NCBI GenBank assembly: GCA_026023565.1
Contig: JAPETS010000014.1
Location: forward strand, 558,001 to 622,000
Origin: Cirrosporium novae-zelandiae
Lineage: Eukaryota
Length of the DNA: 64,000 bases
Reading direction: 5' to 3'
In this document: in pieces, positions 38,197-51,991 of the stretch
Layout of the letters: each line of letters opens with the position of its first letter
How positions within the stretch are numbered: position 1 is the first letter of the stretch
The notes under the pieces: generated by a model
What the model saw: the letters and a program-made list of their open reading frames with translations, nothing else
Databases searched by the model: none
What the model was told of the DNA's origin: nothing
Made by a program: the position numbers and the translations under genes

Positions 38197-39838
38197 ATGC
38201 CATTACCTTCCCGATCGCGTTCTCTCAGAGAACCTAAAACGTCTTCTCTCGCTTCAGCTGAGCAACACCGAGTATTGCAACAGGTTCCGGCATGAGTGCT
38301 CCTAGCTAATGTCTATTTAGAGGCATATGAGCATCCTTGCTGTTCCAGCTGAAACCATACAAGAATCCGCTCCTCCACAACCTTCACGGATTGCACCACC
38401 GAAAATACTTTCGAATCATGCGTCTTCAAATTCGAGCGAGACAACAACCCTAAAGCGGCGGAGTTTATTGCCCCAGAGATCCAATACGACTATAGTACAT
38501 TCATCAAGGGTGCAAAATATTCCTGAACGGCCGACACTTAACCAAAGATCCTCAACCCAGTCATTTACTGCTTTGGGGAACAAGAATATTGCTGACACCA
38601 GTACTGGAGCACTCAAACGCCCAAACATCCCTAAGACACTTTCGCTTCATCGAAGAGACGACTCAGGACAATTGGCAGCCAAAACCCATGCACGAGCACA
38701 AGGAGATTTGAAATCTGGAAGTTCAAGTCGTCTGAACAGCCCGCAATTGCTCGATGAAGGCCCTCGCAGTCCAGAACTACCTACCAGAAGTGCATCTCCT
38801 GCTTCAACAGTGTCCACAACGTCTCGCTTATCAGCTGCAATCAGTTATAATGCTCAGAAGAAAGTGAAAGAAAGTCTGTTGAAGGATGAATATCGCAGGG
38901 ATGGTCCTCCGCCGAGAAGCCTCCGTCAACCCATGCAAAGCTACCGGCGTGAAAAGGGGGAGGATGGTTCTAGTCAAGAACATGGGAATATACTGGAAAA
39001 GTCCCGACAAGTGAAACGGCCTGCATTCTCAACTTACCAGCAACATTTCACTCCTCGAAAAACCACGAAGGCCCTAACTGCAACATTCCTTCACCCCCCT
39101 TCGCAGGCTCCTGATTCATCTGTATCTTCCTACGATACCCGTCTCCAGGCAGAGTTGCTTCAGTTACACTTACTGCACCGAGAATCGTCCCAGGTTCAGC
39201 AAGATTGGGATCTGAGTGCTAGGAAACACTTTGAAGAATCTTTTACATCATTAGTGTCATTTGACCGGAAAACTAGAGAAGCTGGTGTACAAGCAGTAGA
39301 AGCCCGCAATCTCAATGCAGTCAGTCAATGGAATGGTGGATCTTCGGACTACCAGCCTGTGGAAAGGATACAGAGGCTTGCTCAGGTGATTCAAGAGGTA
39401 TCTAGTTTGACCCATAATAGTGGGAGATATACAATATTTTCTAAGCAGTTTGAGGAGTGGTACATGTGGGCCCAGTCACAGATTCAGAACAGAAATGACA
39501 GCAAATCTAGTGAAGACGCTGCCCCGCAACTTATCGAAAGCCTTGGAGATGGATGGAGGCGTGAAGCATCAGCCCTCGAAAGAAAATTAGTCCTATGTGT
39601 TCGAGATCTTGAAAGCCTAGAAGGAGCGCCAGCTGGGTCGGCGTTGGCTCAAGTTCTCGTGTCCCACAAAGAAATTACAACGATTCTGCTTGACCAAACC
39701 AAAACAATGCAGGTCATCGAGAGAGAAATGGTTAGTCGTGATCGGCAATGGTTAGAAGCTATAGTTCAGGAAATATCAACCCAAGCAAGCAACATGGATG
39801 CTCCAAACACGACAACTCTGGTGCCAGCATGGCGTTGA
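38197..39838 (+). CDS. Uncharacterised protein (530 aa): basic Ser-rich disordered N-half, helical coiled-coil C-half; exons 38197-38271, 38321-39838
   Basis: 503-codon ORF extended by a phase-0 49-nt intron (GTATTG..GCTAAT..TAG); motifs RPAFSTYQQHFTP and LQAELLQLHLLH. Confidence 0.85.
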
Positions 39839-42438
39839 TAATATTGTTGGTTAACAGATTCCATCGAGCCGGGAATCTTAAGAGATAGGTGGACCAAACA
39901 GAGGACGTAATGCAATAGTGGTAGCTAAGGTTACCGAGTATCCGCCATGACAACCACCTGCAGGACTCTGCAAGGTATTCTGAAAATTGCAAAATTCATG
40001 AAGCCATGGGGTTTCCAAGGGGACCCTGTGCTCGTGGGAAGTTTCTATTGAGAGATGGCGGGCGAACCGGGGGTGTTGTATTATGTACGCGCCCTTGTTT
40101 TTAGGAAAGTTCTTTATGACAGCATGCCTACGACTTTCCTTGTACGAGTATATCTGCCGTGGTATCCAAATGGAAGCTTCATGATCTACAATAGGATGGA
40201 AATTGCGTATCCGCAGTTCACCGAGGCTCAGTAGGGGAACACCGGGAAATAAGAGTGTGAAACGAAATAACTACCTTCTCCCCAAATTTGTCAGGAGATT
40301 TGGCGTGGACTGTATCTGGTGATTTCTGTAGATCTCGATGTAATAAGCCTGGATTTACGGACTGTAATGTAATGTAGTAGCTGGTTCTGAATAACCGGTT
40401 GATGCACCAACCGAAGGAACAAAAGACAAAGACAAAAGCAAAGGGATGGCTAAAATATGCTGCGAAGGATGGGAAAGAGGACAGGATTTCCCTGGAGAAA
40501 GGACATGAAAGGACACGAAGGGCATGAGAGGGCATGAAGGGCTTGAAAGTCGTTGGAAGGGGAGGAGGTTTGGTTTCACTCGAGTACGGTGTAACTAGAG
40601 TACAGTCAGCATCTTGGTAATAAATCTTTTTGGTGGGGACTAAGAAGGGATTGGTCCATCAGGTGTGGGAAAGGTTAGTAAGGGATCGGAATTATTCACA
40701 CATTATATAATTGGTTGTTTCTCTAATGCGGATTGAGTTTCCCAGGCATCTAAAATAGTGTGTTACTCTAAGATTCATCTCTGATCTCTGATATCAAGGC
40801 TGTATCAATGCCGTGGTTTGATCATTATCGATTGGCTGAGGTTGTTCTGGTCTTCCATCCGAACATTCTTAGTCATCCGGCTTATTTGACTTATTTGGCT
40901 TGTTGAGGTCGTTTGGCTCGTTTGGCCCGTTTGGCTCGTTTGGCTGTAACCTATTCCATCATCTTCCCTGTCAGGCCTTGACTTCCATGGGGCCATGGGT
41001 CCAAAAGATGAGAGAGAAAATGGGGTCACGTCTCGTTAACTAAGTCCAAGCACCTACCTCTATTCGACTACCAGGCCCAGTTGTACCAGTGCCAGTGCCA
41101 GTGCCAGTGCCAGTCCACACACCTACCCAGCAATATCCGGGACAACCGAACTAAAAAAAAACAAAACAAAAAAAAAATACTTAGTAGTTGCTGTCATGTC
41201 ATAGTATGAATAAACTGAAGTCATCGCCCTTGCTCATCACATTCATCATTATTATTCATCACATCCAAGATCATGGCGACTATCAATGGTCATGGTTAGA
41301 GGGGACTTGACTATCCAGGACCCCAAACTTTATCCGCATTCCCATTCGACCCGAGCCTTACAAACAAACCTTTTAACTCCTTTTTTTTCTTGACCAACAG
41401 CATTGTCCCGAAACGCCAAAAGTAGCAATAGCTACCGGTGATACCACCCACCGGCTGAAAGGCTTGGAAACATCAAGAACATTTCTACACTTTCTGCTTG
41501 TCATTCTACCCAGAAAGAAGCACCCCCTCCCCCCCCCTCCCCCCCCTAGCAGTCAAAGCAAAAAAAGAAAGAAAGAAACAAGCCATTCGCAACATTCATT
41601 CCCAGTATAAATCACTTCCCGTATCAATCAAATGAGGGATGCCAAAGATACCGCTGCACACACACATCATCCATGCTTGGATCATTCGTCTATCTTATTC
41701 CAGGCCTAACTATTACACTCCACCACTACTCCTCACAGTCATCACTCATCAATCGTCAGTCGTCACTGAGCGCTACTATGTACCTATGTTGTAATTACTA
41801 AGTCTGCTATTTTAACCTATCAAAAGCCTCCATTTCCCGTCTGGTGTAAGTTCCTACTTCAGTAATAACTGACCACCATCTTCTTCCATCTCACATCGTT
41901 GTGTGCGAGCAGGCCACACCGGGCATCATTGATTTCGTATTCAATTCCATATTTGATCTATTTGAACTTTATCATCTCTTCAGACGCCCGCGGCTCCCTT
42001 GTCGAGTTCCTTGCTGTCGGTAAAATACCACCACGCAAAGGCCATGAGGCGGGTTCCCCCACGAGAGCCCCATCATCTTATTAATAAATCCTAGAATATC
42101 ATGTTCTCATAACATTTCAACCTTTATCGCTTACATTTGACCATTCTTCTACTCGTCATCCTAGTAAGTATCCCTGTCACATCGCCTATACCGTTCCACC
42201 TAGTCACTACTAAGCTTGCCGAATCTAGTTTATCGCTTTTGTATTCTACCTTCCCCTCGATGCCCCGGCGCATTTATACTCATCGTGTCATTCTGTCGCA
42301 CAGAGATAACTCCTCTCAATCGGAGACGTTGTTCGATATCGGTGTACACTTACCATCCTAAACCGGGGAATAAAAAAAGCGCATGGAGTTCAACCTTTAT
42401 ATTAAACATTTCAGTCCAATTGGGCTTGAGTGGAAGTG

Positions 42439-44566
42439 ATGGGCACTAGTTCAAGGCCATGGCAGCCTCCAAGAGAAGTTGTATCGATGGATCGTCAACT
42501 CGCAACCGCGGATTCTATACCCCATATTCCTCCGCCATACAGCCATTTCTCCGCCATATCTCCAGAACATACGCAGATACCCCGATTGCCTCCTCTATCC
42601 AGTGCTCTCGAGCCCAGTTTACACTCACAAAGACCTCGTTATGACTCCTTTCGTCCGGAGTATGAAGGCACAGCCTCCCGCGGCTCCCGTTCAAGTTCAC
42701 CCGTCGAAAGATCATTCAAGCGACCAAGACTTCATCGTGACCAAGGTCAGGGGCCTTACATATTGCGAAGAGATTCGTCACACACGGGGGGAATTATGGA
42801 AGATCGAAACGCCCTCGGTAATGAAGACCATATACTTTGTTTTGCCCTGGCAATGATTAACTAATCATATTTCAGATCCTTGTGTATGGCAAACCAGTGG
42901 AGATTCTTTATCACCTCAGACAAATACTTCTTTTTTCATCCCTGGGCAAGGAAAACGGCGAGTGAATTCTGTACCTAAACCTCCTATTCCTCTCGAGGCA
43001 AAAAGGGAAAGGATGAACTCAATCAATTCGCCCGGCTGTTCTAATTGTTCAGATCTTCATGGTCTAGTTCATAAGGTCATTGCCGGTCTTGTTGCCCTGA
43101 CGGCAGAGCTAAGAAACTTCCGGGTACAGGAGCCGACAGGGCTGATTAACCAGGTAAGATATGCCAAGACCGGTTGACTGGGCTTTCCTTTTAACTTATC
43201 AGGCATATAGGGGATAAATAATGGGATAGCACCGCCTGATGATATCAAAAAAGCTGGGTTTCAGCTATCTCTGTCATGGGCAGTTACAAGCATTGAACAC
43301 AACACCAAGATAGCCCGTCAACTAGCAATAGACAGGAATTTGTCATCGAGTAATATGTCCGATGATAAAGGCCTATTTCGACCCGAATTGTTAGGATCAT
43401 ACGACAACTCGAAGCGCAAAGTTGATTCCGCTGACCCACGTCATGATGAGGGGTACAAGACGACCACTTATTCCTATCAAGAAAATCCACCTTTATTTGT
43501 CTCTAATTTTGGTGGTCCAGAAATTGGGAAAAGCAGACGAAGTCGAAGCTTGGTTGCTGAACTTTCACCGTATCCACCCCAGTCGCCCTTGTCAAATTCT
43601 GAGATTGCGCCCAAATCTCTACCCTCTCCAACACAAACTACTTCGCCTCACCGAGTACTTCCCTCGCCATCTTCTATAGCGTTTGGGTCCATTTCGACTG
43701 GATTCCCTCCATTGGCAAATTCTACAAACTCAAACCAAACTGCCCACTCCGCGCATTTACAGGACCTGCAGCATCAGATCAGCACCAAGGCTCTGGCTTT
43801 AGAGACCTTGCAACGTGAGCATGATGGTCTACTCTCGGCCTTCTCTCGACAACGTACTCGTTGTGAAACTTTGGATAAGAAGTCACGAGTTTCGGAAAAT
43901 GAAATTGCCGTTCTTACGGAGGAAAAGAACAGATTGGAGACGCAAGTATCTCAATTTGAATTTCAAGTAGAACAACTCATGAAAAGTCGTGATGATGCAC
44001 ACCGGCAATCTGTCGCCAGCGGTGCCCAATACATGCAAATCATGTCCATGTCATCCCGGCTTCAGGCCCAAGGTGCAGCTGATCTCAAACGATGGAAGTC
44101 GGAAAAGGAGGGCTGGGAAGCTGAAAAGGAACAGTATGAACAGCGTATTCACGATCTGGAATCCAAGCATGCCCGAAGAACTCAAGAGCTAGAAGCTCTC
44201 GGTCCAATTCAGATTGCCACCGAGAATACTAACCAGGAACAAGCAGTTCTTCCTATCCATGAGGTTTCCATCAATAGTCCACTAGATGCTTCGAGTCGTC
44301 GGCCTAATTCATCATCAGCCTTGCTTCAGGGGGAGATGCAACGACTTCGGAAGCGTTGTCTGTCTTTTGAAAATATGTTGCTGGATTTGCGAGGCGAAAG
44401 CGAGAACATTGATCGTGCCATGGAGCTATTATCTTCCATAGGTCAAAGAATAGCCACTAGAGTGCAGGATGTTGGTATGGCTCCAGCATCTTCTACTGAA
44501 GCACCAGCCTCCGATCGGCTACAATCTCAAACAATGGAGGAGAAAGCAGATCCATCGGTATCCTGA
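42439..44566 (+). CDS. Uncharacterised coiled-coil protein (670 aa); exons 42439-42817, 42876-43153, 43211-44566
   Basis: Three ORFs are joined in frame by two canonical introns; long heptad region HLQDLQHQISTKALALETLQREHDGLLSAFSRQRTR. The start codon is uncertain. Confidence 0.8.
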
Positions 44567-45684
44567 CCTGTGACATTTTTTTGAATCAAACTATAAATGG
44601 TATAAACCACTGGTCCAGGGTTGCTTTCCTGAGAAGGTCTCTACCATCATCCTACTATTAATTTACATAGCTGTGACCTATTTCTACATGCAATATGTTA
44701 CTCTAATTGGAATGGAGTTTAGAGAGACGAAAACTATTGTACAATATTGATGCATTGCCGGCGCAGTATCTTTGACACTGCCAATTTTATTATTGGGGTG
44801 CCTCGCTATGAATGCATTTGGGGCGTTGGAGATACCTTGCAGCAGTTCGGCACCCGCACTTTTCTCTTGTCTATGGCAGGTGCATGATTTATATGTTATA
44901 TTTCGGAAGTTTTGTTGAGTCTCATGATAAAATGACTGCACTTATTCAAAAGGTGGGAATTACATTACCACTAGAGACAATAGGGAGAATTTATGCGAAT
45001 GGAGTATTGGCTCTATTTGAAGTATTTTGATTATTCTATGGTATAGATGTTGTCATCGCCATAACATATAACGACCAGATGGTTTAAATAATATATTGAT
45101 CTATACAAAGTTTACTATGGTGAAAAGCTTTCTAGACGCAAACTTTCCTGCTTAGTGGGGCAATGGATAAGAACTTGGGTAGTAAAGGGAATGCATAATT
45201 GATGAGTAAATAGGTGGTTCGATCTTCGTCAGGCAGAACTGCTAGATGCTAGAAAGCATATATTTTATGGTAGTTGTATGCTAATATTGAAGAATAGATG
45301 AAATAGATAAAGGGGTTTGATATCAATATTTCTAACCGTTAGATTATGGCGGGGAAGTATTATAACGGTTCATCCGAGGTAAGGTTTCTAACCAAAGTAA
45401 TTAATTAATCGGCCGAGAAGTTTACTGCACGTAGTCCTGTTAAGACCTGTGTAAGCAAAAGTGACAAGCCAAAGAATATTCAAAGCCTCGGAATTACTGA
45501 TTGATGCACACCTTATTACCTTTTATTCGTAGCCTTTTGCGCATTATTCTTACATCATGATGCAGGCCACCTTTCTACTTTCGGATTCTATTCCACCTGA
45601 AAATAACCATTTCTTCTATCAGTTGCGATTTTGAAAACTATCAGTTAACCCATCGTGCCATCTACACCGCATGCTTCCCCCGCT

Positions 45685-48600
45685 ATGAAGTCCACATTGC
45701 AGGACCGCCTTTGGAGGCGTGAGCTAGGTTCCTCACAAGTATATTCGTCACCAAAGGCAATATATGGAGACCGAGCTTTGGTTGAGGAATTGGATATTGT
45801 GAATGAGCTTGGCGGACACTCTGGTTGCGTAAATGCTTTGAGGTACGCTATCAGAAGCTCTCTCAAATGTATCCCATCATTGGCATCTTTTCTTCGCAGT
45901 TGCTTTAGAAATAGCCCTACTAATGTAATGTCAAAGTTGGTCTCGTTCTGGGAGGCTCCTCGCCTCAGGTTCAGATGACGAGCGTTTGAACATTTACACC
46001 TATCAACCTGAGCATACACTAGCTCCTTTTGCTCTCTCGACATCCGTAACGACTGGCCATTCAGCCAACATATTCTCCGTCAAGTTCATGCCATTTTCCA
46101 ACGATGCTACCCTCGTAACTTGTGCCGGCGATTCTGAAGTTCGCGTATTCGATATCGAACATTCTAGCAGTAGTGTTACCAACACATATAACGGAACACG
46201 CTATCTCAGCGAAGGGGATACAAACGCCAGAGTTTATCGGTCTCATTCTGATCGTGTCAAAAGAATTGTTACCGAATCTTCCCCCTACGTGTTTCTTACC
46301 TGTTCGGAGGATGGTGAGGTACGGCAATGGGACCTGCGACAGCCATCATCGGCATACCCTGCCCCTCGAAGTCATTACGTGGTCTCACGAAGCTCTCGAG
46401 ATCTTGACAATTCGAATATACCGCCACCTCTGATATCTTACAAACGCTATCGTCTAGATCTTAATACAATATCCTGCTCGCCAAGCCAGCCTTATTACAT
46501 TGCACTGGGAGGTGCTCATCTACACTGTCTTCTCCATGATCGGCGAATGCTTGGCCGAGATACACTTGAAGAGCGCGGCATGCCTAGCCCGATCAATCCA
46601 TCTGTGGATGGGCGAGATGATATTGCTATGAGTCAAGCCACGAGGTGTGTCCGTCGGTTTGCTCCGAATGGGCGTAAACGTATGAAGAGAAGGGACAATG
46701 GCCATATAACCTCGTGTAAAATAAGTGACTATAATCCGAACGAGATGATTGTCAGCTGGTCAGGTGATTGGATATATAGCTTTGACTTAGTCCGCAGTCC
46801 TGATGCCCTTGAAAGCAGCAAAGAAGAAACTTTACCAAGAAAGAAGTCAAAGAGATCGAAAGCCTTCCAAGACAGTGATCGTAAAAGGAAAAGGGGGAAG
46901 AAAGAATCCCCTACGTCTGGAAATGGTACAGAGAGAGCTGGTCCTAGGCCAAAGCAAACTATACGGCATGATACTGAGGGGTCAGTGCCCTTGAGAGTTG
47001 ACTGTGAAAACGGCGAAACCGAAGACCTCCCAGGCGGTGCAGAACTAGAACCCCCAAACCACCTTTATGATTATCTAATGAATGAAGTAATGGAGAGGGG
47101 TGATGCCATAGTGATCAGTGATCATATAGCAATGGGGGTGATGAGGATACGAAAATACCTATTTTCTATGAGTGGTTTACAGAATGCTCCATCTGGCATT
47201 CAGCCGGGTGCAGATTATTCGGCCTATATCTCCTATTTCAACACAGCTCTTAGTCTTGCTGCTTCCGCAGTCCCACGAATGGATGAAATAAACCGAAACT
47301 GGCGATATCCGGTTAATCCGGATGTCGAGGAATTGGATTTACAACAAGAATTAAGAGGGGATCGTGAGGCAAGCCGGCGATTTGTTCAAGCGGCTGGAAC
47401 CCTAGCCCGCTTCCTGGGTGGAAACATAATTACAGTTGGAGGCGATAGTAGCGTTTCCTTGCGTTACTGCCAGCAAATTGTTCCAGCACCTAATGAGGAA
47501 CACCTGATGGATAGTACTTCACAATTTAGATACGACTTCCTCAAAGCTATTCTATTATGGCTCGAGGGCGGCCAGCAGGCTTTGCTGCAGGGCTTTAAAC
47601 GTCCTCCAGACCAAAGAATTAGCTCACCACGCTTTCCAATACCTGAAGATGCTGGTATGTCGGCGATTGATGATATACTAATCCCGTATCTACTACGCCT
47701 TGCCGGCAGCCAACGAATTGTGGATGTTGATGCTTCGCGATTTGAAAGGGATGAATATAGGGTTGTATTTGAAAGTGAAACTGCTGCCGTTATCGCATTC
47801 AGCCATGCTATCAGAATACCACTAGATGACTTATCGACAGCAGTCGTACCGGCAACGGACAGTAGTTCTTCCACTTTTGAATCTTCACAACAATTCTCTG
47901 CACAAGACAAAAGGACAGCAGCCCGATTTTGGGGGTTTAAAGTTGCCAGAGGAGTCTTGTTGAATGCTGGTGCAGGAATTAACTATGCACTTGTAGACAA
48001 AGCATTTGGGGGGCTAGGTATAGAAAATGTGGACATTGGGGAGAGATCCCAAGCAGACATTGATCCCAACGAAGACATAACTGTGGCTGAATGGAATCGC
48101 CGACAAATGATTAGGGCTGGTGTGGTCTTTCCAAGTGCCTCGCTAACAGAAGAACAATCTCCTGTTGCACAAGCAGGGGACGAACAAATTGGAAGCGGTA
48201 CCGACCAAAAATCCCACCCAGTTCCAGAAGACCCGTCGTCCGAGGAACAAGAAGATCTTCCAATGAGAGATGTCGATGAAGAGCAGGAAGATTCAGACGA
48301 TGATGTCGATGACGATGGAGATGCTGATAGCTCTGACGAAGACGATCATGACGAAGAAGACAGTGAAACTGGGGAACGTGATGCGTTGGAAGGGGCTTTC
48401 GCAGCCTTCTTCAGTCGAGAGCCAACCATGTATCAGAATAGCCCACGTGACAGACTTGAAGAAGATGTTCCATGTTCAAGCCACACTCGGACGTATCGCG
48501 GCCACTGTAATGTACAAACCGTCAAAGATGTTAATTTCTATGGTTTGCAAGACGAATACGTGGTAAGCGGAAGCGACGGTGGACATTTATTCATATGGGA

Positions 48601-49710
48601 CAAGAAGACTACGGAGCTTGTGAGCATTCTGGAAGGAGATGGTGAGGTGGTTAATGTTGTTCAAGGTGAAGCCACAATTTCCTTGCCCGTTGTTACACAC
48701 CGGGCCCTCGTTTTCATAAATCACCATCGATACATCTTGGCAAAGCCTTTCAGTATTACAACGCTGAAGACTATCTTAATATTCGATGTCCACTGTAAAT
48801 ACAAACACTAACTATTATTTAGGCCATCCCTACGAGCCCATGATCGCAGCATCTGGCATCGACCATACCATAAAGATCTTCTCCGCCGATAATCGCGCCC
48901 AAGATGCAGCACGAGCCGGCCTCAACCTCGCTCGCCCCGCAACCACAGCCGGTTTTTCCAATTTCCGCGCCATGCGCTCCCGGCGCATCTCATCCTCGAA
49001 CGAAAACGCGCCCGTCGTCCAACCTGACACCCCCGGAGAGGGCCTTCGGAGCCGGAAGCGAATCGATCAGGCATATCAGATCACAAATCAGAATGATGTT
49101 AACAGGGAAGGTGGGAACTCTGACGCTTTTATTGCGGTACGTGGAGACCCTATAAGAGAGGTGAGGCTGGTGAGGGTACCGGTCGCGTTTGCGGAATGGA
49201 TTATGGTTTTGACTGGAGGGGAGGACCATGACCATACAAATGATGACGACAGCAATAACAACAATAATAATTACCATAACCACCGAAACCCAGACAGTAA
49301 TGATGGTGACTACCATGACCACGACGACAATAGTGACTAAAACCACCATCGCATCCACCCATCTATCCATTTCTATATCCTCACACCCGCATATAAAATC
49401 TTCAAAAAAAGGCATAACACCATTACTAACTTTTTTCCCGGCCATTCGGGTTCGTTTTGCATAGAGGAGCATGCTATCCCAAATCGCGTCATCCCTTCGA
49501 CGAAGAACCGTCGTTTTGGATCGGGAAGGCCAGACTATTTTCGTTCCTACTGGTGGTGGGGGTGGACTTGATGGGGGTGTCACCGGCCAGCAGGGTGACT
49601 CGTGTGAGGTGAGTTTTTGTTTTTTTTTGCATATGCAATTCGAGATACTTTAGTTTCGGGAAAATTTACTTATATATTCTTTCCCCTCTTGGGTTTTATA
49701 GATGATGTGA
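45685..49710 (+). CDS. DCAF8/DCAF6 (Iqw1)-like WD40 CRL4 substrate receptor (1117 aa); exons 45685-45842, 45937-48665, 48823-49136, 49465-49608, 49702-49710
   Basis: GHSGCVNAL-SWSRSGRLLASGSDD, GHSANIFSVKFMP, TCSEDGEVRQWDLR (WDxR), YRGHCNVQTVKDVNF, SGSDGGHLFIWDK, GHPYEPMIAASGIDHTIKIF. The propeller is split by a long insertion; the protein ends DSCEMM*. Confidence 0.9.
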
Positions 49711-50199
49711 TCCGGCACGACGTAACATCAACATGACCTGATATAATTATATCGACAACGGAATGAGATGAGATTGGATGGAATAAGATGAAACGAAATA
49801 AAATAAAATGAACCCGAAGGAAACCACCATGGTCATTCTCATGATGCTTCCAATTACTTCTTCACCTTCACCTTTCATTCCTCCTCCTACCCTCCTAGCT
49901 TTGGATCCATCCAATTACATCTACATCTACATCTATATGGGAAAACGGAAACGGAAAGGAAGGAAGCCTGCTTTTTTCTTTTCTTTTGGCAATGCTTATA
50001 TGCCATGTTTAGTTTTTTTCTTTTTTGGCTTCGACTTGAACTTAAACTTGAGGGCATACATACAGAAATATGGAAATATGAAATATGAATATAAAAAGAT
50101 TTTTCAAATATTTTGGATATTTGTTCAGGTTGAGGATGATAGATAATAAGAATAAAGAAAAGAAAAAAACGACCTTGTAATTCAACCATCAACCACACT

Positions 50200-50930
50200 A
50201 TGCTGCTATGCCACACCATACTATTGCTACTATACTATACTGTTATGCTATGCCATGCTATGCTATGCTATGCTATGCTGCCATATATCTATCTATATGC
50301 AGAGGTATCATCCCAATCCCAATCCCAACCAATCCCATCCTTATGCCCTTATTTATCTACTCCCCAATCCCCATCCCCAACCCCCAATCCTCAATCTATC
50401 ATATCATGCACACCCACAAATCCATACAAATCCATACAAATCCATACAAATCCATACGTGCAAAGCAAATAACACTCCAAGCGCACCCCAATGCACCCCA
50501 ATGCACCCCAATGCATCCACCTTTACCCACCTCCCTCCCAACCTATCTATCCATCCATCCATACCCCTACTTAAACACATAAACCCCATCACATCCCATA
50601 CATGCATAATATCCTCATGAAATCTTAGCTTTATCACTCTAGTCACCCTATTCACCATATTCATTCATTCATGCATTCCCACCCCCTTCAGAATCCCCCC
50701 GTTTTTTTTATATACAAAGTTTTTTTCATCCATCCACAAGTCAAAGTCAAAGTCAAAATCAAAATCAAACTCAGGGTTCCATCTCCTATTTCCATTTCCA
50801 TTTCAAACTCAAAACTCGGGGCAAGGTAAAGTGAAAAAAGGTAAAGTAGAAGCAGTAGCAAAAAAACAAAAAAGCAAAAACAAGATTCGAATTTATATGA
50901 TGATGATGATGATGATGATTCATTGTCCGC
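50200..50930. repeat. Microsatellite / minisatellite tract
   Basis: (ATGCT)n ~50244-50280, (ACAAATCCAT)x4 ~50416-50457, (ATGCACCCCA)x3 ~50482-50515, (ATCC)n, (GAT)n ~50899-50919. Confidence 0.9.
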
Positions 50931-51991
50931 ATGTCGCATTCAGGTTATGGCGGACATATATATATTTGTGCCATCATGATCAACATCCAAAAAAAATCAT
51001 CAATTCCGGGCTATGTGAGGTTGGGGTGTTGTTCAAATAAGTAGATATATCGAGGGGAATGAATATAAGTATAAATGTAATGAATAATGGCGAATTTTGT
51101 TATTTCTTCGTTATTTGCCCCCCCCCCCTCTCTCTGCTGGCTTGTACAGTACAGTACAGTACATATAAATAACATATATATGTATGTACATAAGCATAAT
51201 TTCCTGTTGGCTACCCCATAATCCCACTCTTTTTCTTTCCGGAATTTAACCAGATATGTTATGTTCTCCAATTGGTTGGTTTTGTTGATTTGGAAGAGAA
51301 ATATTGATGATGGATGAATTTTTCTTCCTTTTTGGTTCCCGTAAAGAATGGGTGGGGGATATAGGGGACACCTTTAAGTCCCTCTGTACTGTTTTTTTGC
51401 TGTTGTCTAAACCATCCTTATCCCTTTTGACCTTTGAGGGTTAGCTAGTGGTTTACAATGTTGTTGATCCATGATTTCCTTTTCCGATTTGGTATGTTGT
51501 ATGTCCGTTGACTGGATTTCCAACTCTCCCTCCTACATGAGTACCGGATTGAAACGATGCGCTCGAATGTAAAATGCGGAAAACGAGAATGAAATGTTTG
51601 TTTTAGTAATTTAGCCTCATTTTTTTTTCTTTCGAAATTAATTCTTAAAGGTCCTTGGTGTTCGAGATGAGGTTTCAAAGACTCAGAGGTCCACTTCAAA
51701 GGTTCCAAAATCATAATATCAACAGCAAAAAGCTTCGCAGACTTAATTCTCCTTCAGTGTTGGATACTTGCTATGGGTGTAGTGTTAGGCAATCCTAGTT
51801 CCTAGATGTGTATTCAAATGCCCTGAGGTTTGTTGTAAGAGTTGAGTAGAATATTTAGATCAGTCGCATTTGCAGTGAAGGAAGCCTACAGCTTACTTAT
51901 TTGCGGCTGGAGTTGAATTGGCAGAATTTTGGAAATGATCCATCACTGTGAGTTAAAAATTAATGAGGATCCTTCGCTCTTCCTTGATTGT

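Noticed and set aside
50200..50664. Several 86-124 aa ORFs
   Set aside because: Translations of microsatellites, not genes
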